Assembly: GCA_016839745.1 (NCBI GenBank)
Contig: JAEOTS010000112.1
Span: 1-13,104, forward strand
Direction: 5' to 3'
Length of the DNA: 13,104 nt
Source of the DNA: Promethearchaeota archaeon
Lineage (GTDB): Archaea; Asgardarchaeota; Lokiarchaeia; Sigyniarchaeales; SOKP01
The translations under genes were made by a program, and so were the position numbers. The notes under the pieces are model-generated. The model saw only the letters and a list, made by a program, of their open reading frames with translations. It made no database searches and was not told the origin of the DNA. Below, in pieces: positions 5,705-13,104 of this stretch (the stretch's first letter is position 1; every line of letters begins with the position of its first letter).

Positions 5705-7411
5705 ATGTCGTATAAAGACAAAATATGGAAAAAATCTTGGGATGATCATGTCAAGGACTTAGACCCTAAAGAGTATGAAATGACATATCCCCAAGCTATT
5801 CGACAAACCATGGAAGAATTTCCCGATAAAATGGCGTTTGATTATCTAGGGGTACAAATTACCTACAAAGAGTTGGATGAGGCTTCAAATCAATTCGCTA
5901 ATATGTTAATTGAAAACGGTTTCAAAACGGGAGATGTAGTAGGTATTAATTTGCCAAATACGCCTGAATACTTGATGGGAGTAATTGGTACGTTAAAAGC
6001 AGGGTGTATCGTTTCAGGAGTTTCCCCTCTCCTTTCAGACGTTCAAATGCAGTATCAATTGAATGATTTAGGAACTGGAGGGAATAAAGTTGCAGTGTTG
6101 ACTTTAGATGCAATTTTTGCTGGGAGGTTGGTAAAAATCGCTTCAAAAATACCGCAGTTAAAATTAGCGATAACTACGAGCGTTGGAGGTTACCTTCCGA
6201 AAATAAAGCAGGTGTTAGGAAAATTAATTGGTAAAATCCCTAAAGGAAAAGTCACACCTTTAGAAGGAGTAACAGTATTAGACTTTCACAAAGATATTCT
6301 TACTACCTACTCTAAGGATTTACCAAAAGATAACACCAAACCAGAAGATTTAGCTTTTATTCAATATACGGGAGGAACTACTGGTCCGCCTAAGGGTGCT
6401 ATGTTAACTCACAAAAATATAGTATCTGACATAGTCATTTTTCAGAAGTGGCTTAATTGGGAAGCAGGTAAAGGGGTTGCTCTATCCGGATTTCCGTTCT
6501 TCCACATTGCAGGAACATTTACGACCTTAAATGTTATTTTTCTGGGCTGGAGTCAAATTTTAATACCCAACCCGCGTGATTCAGATCACATTATAAAAGA
6601 AATGGCAAAATACACCCCATCCGTTTTGGCTAACGTACCTTCGTTATATCAAATTTTAATGAAAAATCCAAAATTTAAAGACTTGGATCATTCAAAATTA
6701 GATTTCTGTGTTTCTGCTGCTGCACCCTTCCCGAAGGAATCTCAAAAAGAATTTGAGGCGATAATTGGTAAGGGTAAACTAATAGAAGGATATGGAATGA
6801 CAGAAACTTCTCCACTTACCGCATGTAATCCATCTATAGGTGTTAAAAAACTTGGAAGTATAGGACTCCCTCTGACTAACGAAGAATTTAAGCTCGTTGA
6901 TCCTAATACAGGAAAAGAAGTACCATTAGGAGAACCTGGTGAAATATGTGTTAAGGGTCCGCAAGTGATGAGAGGATACTACAATAAACCAGAGGAGACT
7001 AAAAAAGCAATTGATAAGGATGGATTTATGCACACTGGCGATGTTGGAGTAATGGACGAAGACGGCTACGTAAAAATCGTAGATAGGACAAAAGATATGA
7101 TAATCGTTGGTGGTTTTAAAGTGTTTTCGGCAAAATTAGAAGACACCTTAACTAATCATCCTGCTATCGGAACGGTTGCTATTATAGGTGTAGATAATCC
7201 TGAGAGACCCGGTTCAGAGATCGTTAAAGCATTTATACAATTAGATCCGGACTATAGTTATGACGGAAACGAAGAAACTTTAAAAGCTGATATCACTGCG
7301 TTTGCGAAAGAAAATTGCTCACCTTATGAAGTTCCCAAGATGATAGAAATTACTGAAGAACTTCCATTGACTACTGTCGGTAAGGTCGATAAGAAAGTTT
7401 TAAGAAAATAA
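5705..7411 (+). CDS. fadD: Long-chain-fatty-acid--CoA ligase (FadD-like), paralogue 2; start revised from 5636 to 5705
   Basis: Same motifs as paralogue 1 (QYTGGTTGPPKG, EGYGMTE, HTGD, LPLTTVGKVDKK). MSYKDKIWKKSWD aligns with MSNPYESRFWRKNWD of paralogue 1, and ATG 5636 lies inside the conserved promoter. Confidence 0.92.
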   Translation: MSYKDKIWKKSWDDHVKDLDPKEYEMTYPQAIRQTMEEFPDKMAFDYLGVQITYKELDEASNQFANMLIENGFKTGDVVGINLPNTPEYLMGVIGTLKAGCIVSGVSPLLSDVQMQYQLNDLGTGGNKVAVLTLDAIFAGRLVKIASKIPQLKLAITTSVGGYLPKIKQVLGKLIGKIPKGKVTPLEGVTVLDFHKDILTTYSKDLPKDNTKPEDLAFIQYTGGTTGPPKGAMLTHKNIVSDIVIFQKWLNWEAGKGVALSGFPFFHIAGTFTTLNVIFLGWSQILIPNPRDSDHIIKEMAKYTPSVLANVPSLYQILMKNPKFKDLDHSKLDFCVSAAAPFPKESQKEFEAIIGKGKLIEGYGMTETSPLTACNPSIGVKKLGSIGLPLTNEEFKLVDPNTGKEVPLGEPGEICVKGPQVMRGYYNKPEETKKAIDKDGFMHTGDVGVMDEDGYVKIVDRTKDMIIVGGFKVFSAKLEDTLTNHPAIGTVAIIGVDNPERPGSEIVKAFIQLDPDYSYDGNEETLKADITAFAKENCSPYEVPKMIEITEELPLTTVGKVDKKVLRK

Positions 7412-7520
7412 AATTCCAACAAATATTTGATGTTTTCTATAATCCAAATAATTATTTTTTTTAATTTTTATTTCTCGTAGATTTGACTACTGTTAAAATC
7501 AATATAGTAATTAGAAATTA

Positions 7521-8297
7521 TTAAGCTTGTTTTATCTCGTTTTTAACAATGTCAACAATAAGAGGGAAGACATCGCCTATCTTATCGTGGATTACAACTT
7601 CGGCTTTATAGTCCATATCAGTATCTTGAATATTGATTATTCCTAATTTGGCACCCCTTGATAGTGCTTTTCTAGGGTAAAATGCTACAGGGTATACTAG
7701 TAAAGAGGATCCAAGTACAATTAATAAATCACAGGATTCAATCATTTTATCTGCTTGGTTTAAAGTTTCTGATCGCAATGGTTCTCCAAAAAAAATTGCG
7801 TTTGGTTTCAATAAGCCATTACAGACTTCACATGAGGGACTATTTTTACCACTCATTACTTGATCTATCATGATGGTAATAGGATATACTTTATCACACC
7901 TCATACAAATTGCTTCATAAGCAGTTCCATGCAACTCTACCACATTTTTGCTATGTGCCTTTTGATGTAGTCCATCAATATTTTGAGTAAGAATACCGGT
8001 TAATTTGCCAAGTTTTTGAAGTTTTGTCAATGATTTATGCCCATTATTAGGTTTAGCTTTGAATATATTCATACCCATTTCTAACATAAAATCCAAATTC
8101 TTTTTTGTATCAGACACATAGGAATGAATGCTGGCAAACTCATTTGGATTCACTTTTTCCCATAAACCAGTGCCTGGACTTCTGAAGTCCGCAATTCCAC
8201 TCTCTGTACCCATCCCTGCTCCTGTTAAGGCTACGATGTTTTTAGCATCAAGAATAAGTTGAGCAAATTCTTGTATTTTTATATTCAAGTCGGTCAT
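7521..8297 (-). CDS. cobB: NAD-dependent protein deacylase, Sir2/CobB family
   Basis: TGAGMGTESGIADFRS, TQNIDGLHQKA, ELHG (catalytic His), Zn pairs CMRC and CEVC, LKPN..FFGE and GSSLLVYP. Confidence 0.93.
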   Translation of the reverse strand: MTDLNIKIQEFAQLILDAKNIVALTGAGMGTESGIADFRSPGTGLWEKVNPNEFASIHSYVSDTKKNLDFMLEMGMNIFKAKPNNGHKSLTKLQKLGKLTGILTQNIDGLHQKAHSKNVVELHGTAYEAICMRCDKVYPITIMIDQVMSGKNSPSCEVCNGLLKPNAIFFGEPLRSETLNQADKMIESCDLLIVLGSSLLVYPVAFYPRKALSRGAKLGIINIQDTDMDYKAEVVIHDKIGDVFPLIVDIVKNEIKQA

Positions 8298-8477
8298 ATT
8301 ACAAAATTCTCGATTTATTTTGTGAACTTAATGATGATGATAGAAAAAATAATGATATTAATTAACTCTTTTGAAATTGTTGAATTTTTTTCTTAAATTG
8401 GAACAAATAATAAATATGATTGTTTTTATTTATTGAATATAATATATTATTATAACTATCTTAATTATTGAAACGCT

Positions 8478-9038
8478 ATGTCTTCAGTTTATACAAAGTA
8501 CCAAAAATCCTACATCTATAAAATTTGCGTTGTCGGAAACGGTGGTGTGGGCAAGACTTCCATGGTCCTCAGATACTGTGAAAATTCTTTTAAAGAAAGT
8601 TACTTAATGACAATAGGATCAAACTTTAGTACAAAGACAGTTGAACTAGCTGATCACCCACAACTACAAGTAAAACTACAATTATGGGACCTAGCGGGAC
8701 AGAAGCATTTCTCGTTTGTTAGACCACCATTCTATCGAGGAGCAACTGGTATCATCTATGTGTATGACCTTACTCGCCGTTCCTCCTTTGCGGATATGCT
8801 TGAGTGGCGAGACGAAGTTGAAAAAGTAATTGGTCAAAAACCAAGCCTATTGATAGGTAATAAACTAGATCTCGCTCGCGTAGGTCAAAGAGAGGTAGCA
8901 GAACAGGATGGAGAAGCCCTAAAAGGAGAAATGCATGCAATGAAATATTTTGAAACCAGTGCTAAAGAAGGCGATTCAGTAGAAGATGTGTTTAAGGTGT
9001 TAACATTAGAAATCCTTAAGACTTCTGGTAAAATTTAA
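8478..9038 (+). CDS. Rab-like small GTPase (Ras superfamily, eukaryotic signature protein)
   Basis: G1 GNGGVGKT, G2 TIG, G3 WDLAGQ, G4 NKLD and G5 ETSAK. RabF-like segments IGSNF, KLQLW, FYRGA and YVYDLT are present. Confidence 0.93.
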   Translation: MSSVYTKYQKSYIYKICVVGNGGVGKTSMVLRYCENSFKESYLMTIGSNFSTKTVELADHPQLQVKLQLWDLAGQKHFSFVRPPFYRGATGIIYVYDLTRRSSFADMLEWRDEVEKVIGQKPSLLIGNKLDLARVGQREVAEQDGEALKGEMHAMKYFETSAKEGDSVEDVFKVLTLEILKTSGKI

Positions 9039-9118
9039 TTTTTAACATATAAACATTAAATTCAAATTTGTTATTTAATTTTAAAATAACAAATATCAAA
9101 TAATTTTAAGTTATAATT

Positions 9119-9853
9119 ATGTTTGGTGGCGGACAAGTTAAGTACGACCGGGCATTAACTGTTTTTAGTCCCGAAGGAAGATTATTCCAAGTAGAATACG
9201 CTTTAGAAGCTGTAAGGCGAGGTACTTTAGCAGTAGCAGTAAAAACAAAAGATTGCGTTTGTTTAGCAGCTGAAATTAAAATTCCTTCAAATTTAATTGA
9301 CGCTGACTCAATTGACAAGTTATTTCAAGTTGATGAACATATTGGAGTTGCTATCTCAGGATTACACGCTGATTCAAGAACTTTAATTAATTACGCTCGC
9401 GTTCAAGCACAATCCTTTCGTTTAACGTACGATGAACCTGTTAGATTAAACATGTTGGTAAAATCCTTGGCCGATATAAAACAGCAATATACCCAGTTCG
9501 GAGGAATTAGACCATTCGGGTGTGCTCTGTTCTTTATTGCCATTGATCCTGCAGGAACTCAAATTTATACTACATCTCCAAGCGGAATTTATAGAGCTTT
9601 TAAAGCATATGCGTTAGGGAGTGGAGAAGCAACGGCAAGAGATTACTTGAAAGAAAATTACAAAGAAGGTTTGACTTTCGATGAGACTGTCAAATTGACC
9701 TTAAATGCTCTTAAGGAATCTATTAATGAAGAACCCACTAAAGAAAATACTCGTTTTGCTTATATCAAATCCGAAGATAAAAAATTTCACATGTCCTCGA
9801 AGGACGAAGTAGAGAAATTCTTGAACCTAATAAAGGAAGAACCTACAACTTAA
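9119..9853 (+). CDS. psmA: 20S proteasome alpha subunit
   Basis: Alpha-subunit signature YDRALTVFSPEGRLFQVEYALEAVRRG, plus SIDKLFQVDEHIG..ISGL.AD and QQYTQFGGIRPFG. Confidence 0.96.
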   Translation: MFGGGQVKYDRALTVFSPEGRLFQVEYALEAVRRGTLAVAVKTKDCVCLAAEIKIPSNLIDADSIDKLFQVDEHIGVAISGLHADSRTLINYARVQAQSFRLTYDEPVRLNMLVKSLADIKQQYTQFGGIRPFGCALFFIAIDPAGTQIYTTSPSGIYRAFKAYALGSGEATARDYLKENYKEGLTFDETVKLTLNALKESINEEPTKENTRFAYIKSEDKKFHMSSKDEVEKFLNLIKEEPTT

Positions 9854-9975
9854 ATTAAAACTTTTTATTAGATGATTCTATTTCGAAATTTTTGATTTCT
9901 CCTTCATAAAACTGGCATTACTTTATATAAAATCTTTTTTTATAAATCGATATTTCTTAAATTTATAATAAATAT

Positions 9976-9987
9976 AAAAAAAAAAAA
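9976..9987 (-). terminator. T12 tract immediately after the UPF0182 stop, putative terminator
   Basis: 12 A on the plus strand directly abutting the stop codon at 9988. Confidence 0.5.
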
Positions 9988-12900
9988 TTAGTTATTATAT
10001 ACAGATATTAGGTTTTCTGGAGAAGTGTAGAAAATCGCACCATTTACAATTAAGGTCCATTGATAGAAGATGATTATGCCTCCTATTGTTGTATTCACGA
10101 ATCCATTTAATACTAATCCTTCACCAAAATATAGAGTAGTATCGACTACTGTGAAGTTTGTAACCGTGTTAGGAACATCTATATAAGTAGAATTTTCTGG
10201 ATACAAATCTGGTGGTAAAATTAAGTTGTAACTTAAATTAAGATTATTAGTGAGCTCAGTAGTGGCGTAAATCGATAGGTTGACTTTAACTTGCAAACCA
10301 ACCGTATCGGAAAAATTAGTATCTAAATTCTGTAGGTTTATTATAAAGTTTGCTGGATCACTCGGGTAAGTCATTGAGGATTCCATGTCGAAATTATACG
10401 ATAAAGATATATTCGAAGGAGTTACAGCACCCGTCAAATTCAAATTAGTGTAAGCCTCTTGCGCACTTTCGCCATAACCTACTTCTCTGTTAAAAGCTTC
10501 TACGAATCCTGCTAGTTTTAATTGTTGAAGACTACCTGCTGTACTGTAGGTTGGAATATAGTAATAAATTGACCCCCCAATTGGATATAATAGCGTATTT
10601 CCATTTCGAGCACCCGAAATTAATATAATTTCTTGAGTTGCTTCGGATCTATAAGTTTCTCTTGCAGTTGTTGGACCTATTAGACTTTCACCAGAATCTC
10701 TAGTGTAATAGAAAATCGCTTCACCAAAATGCTCGCCATGTCTAACAACGTACATTCCTGCTAGTAAAGTTGCTGTTAATCCCTTGTATTCTACTAAATC
10801 TAAACCAACGTATTCAATTCCGTCCCCTAAATCAGATTCTATGTAGAATAAATCGCCGTCTTCTGGTCTTTCGTGGAAATCATCAGCTCGCCTCCAAGAA
10901 ACTGAATTTTGCACGTGATATATGTAATTTGCTTCGAGTTGTAATTCAAACAAATCTTCAGGATATCGTAATTGTGCTTTCAACCAATCCCATTCGGGAC
11001 CACTCTGCCAATCATATTTGTCTAAATAAATTTTCCAGAGATCATAAGTTGGATCGTTAGAACTATCTAAAGTTGGATTTTTATAAAAAGTCATCTCTCC
11101 ACTTAACACATCCACGAGGCTAACGCCTAAGAATCTCAATATTGGAAATTGAGCATAAGCGCCAACATTAATGTAAGTGTAAACCGAAACAGCGTAATAC
11201 ATTTTACCTTGACCAATATTAAATACCAAATAAGGATCGTTATCAATTCTTAATTGAGGAAGAAGTATATTCTCCGTTCTAGATCTTACATTTCTATGGA
11301 TAAGGTATTGATGTTCAGTTTGAAATGCGTATGCAAACAATCCAATATTCAAGGTCTTCCAAAAACCTTCTAAACCATAAAGAGTTCCATCTGGATCTCC
11401 CTCATATTGAAATTCGTTATTAGGAATTTGATTTGACCATTCTGTATTAAGTAGTATGTCAGAATCATATGCACCTAAAGAACCTTCTTCATAATAGCCC
11501 AGCGTCGTTTCAAGATATCTTTCACTTTCGCTTTCTCCAAAAAAGATCGGATAATTTTCAGATATATTAAATTTTTCTGTCACATTTACTAGATCACCTG
11601 TGAAAGTGTCCATTGCTAAAAATCCTTCTACGTGATCATATAGTTCTGTATTAGTTTGAACAGCATCTCCAGCTATTTCTGAAAATCTAACTGTTTTAGG
11701 AGCAACCCAGTATTCTTTATTGTTTATATATATTATATCCGAATCGGCTAAACCTTCAAAAGTAGAACCTATTGAAGCGGCTAAATATTGAACTGCGAAG
11801 TTCTGATCAAATTGTCTAACTTGAGAGACCATTTGAGCATCTGTAGTTGTGCGCAATGAGTCCGTAAAGTTTACAATTGGTCGTTCTTCAAACATGTCTA
11901 AACCAGCACATGCCCTAGTCCATTCAATTTCTCTTTTATATTTTTTGTTCCATTGTTGCTCTGTCCACACTGCGGTATTATTTAGGTTCAAAAGTGGTCC
12001 AATACTTATTATTAATGGTGATACTACAAAAACTACCACAATTACAGTAATATAAATCAACTTTTTTTGCCTACTCCTTGAAAAAATATAATTTTTCACA
12101 TCTTTCTTGTATTGAGCTTTTCCATACACATAAATGAGAATTCCTAATGATGTAAAAGAGAAAAATCCGAAGATTAGTGCTAAAATTTGAATGACATTTA
12201 TTCCATCTAAAGAAAGGGTTGGAATAAAGACAAAGAAAAATCCACAAAGTAAACCAATAATTACTAAAACATTTCCTATCACCATATAATCGTTTCGTTT
12301 TAAATAGATATTCTTTACTATATTAAGGATTAATCGCAAAATTATAACACCAATTACAAAACTTACAATTGGGACAATTAGATTTGAATAAATATAAATA
12401 GTAACGAAATCTGTGTTATTTGCGTTGAAAATTACATTGAACGCATCAAAGATTAGATTTGGGGATAATTGAATTTCTCCGTTTTCAATTAAATAGAGTG
12501 TCCAAGCAAAGCCGCCGTTATTTACGTTAAGGAGCAATCCTGCGAAATAGAATATTATAAAACCAAAAGTCCACCAAAATATCAATGATTTCAAATAGGA
12601 TGGTTTACCAAATCTTAATTTTGTTCCAATAATAGTTAACAAATTCCTCTCAGGTGGGATACTCATTAGGAAACTTCCAATAAAGGCTCCAATCAACGCA
12701 GTTTTGTTAAATAAGAAATTAGTGGACCAAAAATTTAAGAAGTAAAAATCAAAGTAGTCTAACCCACCGGCCTTATTAGCATACAGTTGAGATTGGAGAT
12801 TTATATTGCCGAACCACGCTGGCCACAACCAAAAAATCGCTAAAGCTATGACGATAGCAACAATTATAACAACGATTAAGAGATATTTTTTTTTAAAACC

Positions 12901-13014
12901 TCCTTTTTTTAAAAGGCTATATCTGAATCGAGGTTCATTCTCTAGATTTATTCTTTGACAATCTTCACAATAATAGTTAAATTTTTTATGTTTTTCACAA
13001 GATTTTTTTGCCAT
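9988..13014 (-). CDS. UPF0182 (COG1615)-family multi-pass membrane protein with a large extracytoplasmic domain
   Basis: About 7 hydrophobic helices in the N-terminal third. Family-like motifs follow: LYDHVEGF, PIFFGE, HRNVRSRTENILLPQLRIDNDPYLV, VDVLSGEMTFY, AQLRYPEDLFELQ, GPTTARE and GNTLLYPIGGSIYYYIP. Confidence 0.82.
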   Translation of the reverse strand: MAKKSCEKHKKFNYYCEDCQRINLENEPRFRYSLLKKGGFKKKYLLIVVIIVAIVIALAIFWLWPAWFGNINLQSQLYANKAGGLDYFDFYFLNFWSTNFLFNKTALIGAFIGSFLMSIPPERNLLTIIGTKLRFGKPSYLKSLIFWWTFGFIIFYFAGLLLNVNNGGFAWTLYLIENGEIQLSPNLIFDAFNVIFNANNTDFVTIYIYSNLIVPIVSFVIGVIILRLILNIVKNIYLKRNDYMVIGNVLVIIGLLCGFFFVFIPTLSLDGINVIQILALIFGFFSFTSLGILIYVYGKAQYKKDVKNYIFSRSRQKKLIYITVIVVVFVVSPLIISIGPLLNLNNTAVWTEQQWNKKYKREIEWTRACAGLDMFEERPIVNFTDSLRTTTDAQMVSQVRQFDQNFAVQYLAASIGSTFEGLADSDIIYINNKEYWVAPKTVRFSEIAGDAVQTNTELYDHVEGFLAMDTFTGDLVNVTEKFNISENYPIFFGESESERYLETTLGYYEEGSLGAYDSDILLNTEWSNQIPNNEFQYEGDPDGTLYGLEGFWKTLNIGLFAYAFQTEHQYLIHRNVRSRTENILLPQLRIDNDPYLVFNIGQGKMYYAVSVYTYINVGAYAQFPILRFLGVSLVDVLSGEMTFYKNPTLDSSNDPTYDLWKIYLDKYDWQSGPEWDWLKAQLRYPEDLFELQLEANYIYHVQNSVSWRRADDFHERPEDGDLFYIESDLGDGIEYVGLDLVEYKGLTATLLAGMYVVRHGEHFGEAIFYYTRDSGESLIGPTTARETYRSEATQEIILISGARNGNTLLYPIGGSIYYYIPTYSTAGSLQQLKLAGFVEAFNREVGYGESAQEAYTNLNLTGAVTPSNISLSYNFDMESSMTYPSDPANFIINLQNLDTNFSDTVGLQVKVNLSIYATTELTNNLNLSYNLILPPDLYPENSTYIDVPNTVTNFTVVDTTLYFGEGLVLNGFVNTTIGGIIIFYQWTLIVNGAIFYTSPENLISVYNN

Positions 13015-13104
13015 ATAATAAAATCATCAGTTTTCTTTTTTTACTTAAGATTAAAAAGATAAATTTTTTTTTAGATAATATAATGCTTTAATATAAAAGA
13101 TAAT

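Noticed and set aside
5946-6146. 66-aa minus-strand ORF
   Set aside because: Antisense shadow of fadD paralogue 2.
7682-7873. 63-aa plus-strand ORF
   Set aside because: Antisense shadow of the sirtuin.
9106-9318. 70-aa minus-strand ORF
   Set aside because: Antisense shadow of psmA.
10770-12055. Two plus-strand ORFs (10770-11060, 11849-12055)
   Set aside because: Antisense shadows of the UPF0182 gene.

Overview
AT-rich archaeal chromosomal DNA, most likely from an Asgard (Lokiarchaeia-like) archaeon. That assignment is an inference from a Rab-like small GTPase, a proteasome alpha subunit, a PolB2 locus and duplicated acyl-CoA ligases. The left 3.1 kb holds a putative archaeal 'mutasome' locus on the minus strand. 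It comprises a catalytically dead RadA paralogue ending in a PIP-box-like motif, a small PolB2-partner protein (arCOG07300/PPB2-like), and a PolB2-type family B DNA polymerase. The polymerase has a GTG start at 1258, runs off the left edge and is missing from the ORF track. The locus is split by a convergent pair: a DUF3795 Cys-rich gene and an unannotated 44-aa basic ORF. The two halves share similar upstream sequence. The middle has two tandem FadD-like ligases with duplicated promoters, flanking a small glycine-zipper membrane gene, followed by a convergent sirtuin. The right has a Rab-like GTPase, psmA, and a convergent 1008-aa UPF0182-family membrane protein with an N-terminal Zn-finger-like motif. 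I saw no rRNA, tRNA, CRISPR array or transposase. All calls come from motif recognition and hand translation or alignment; no searches were run.
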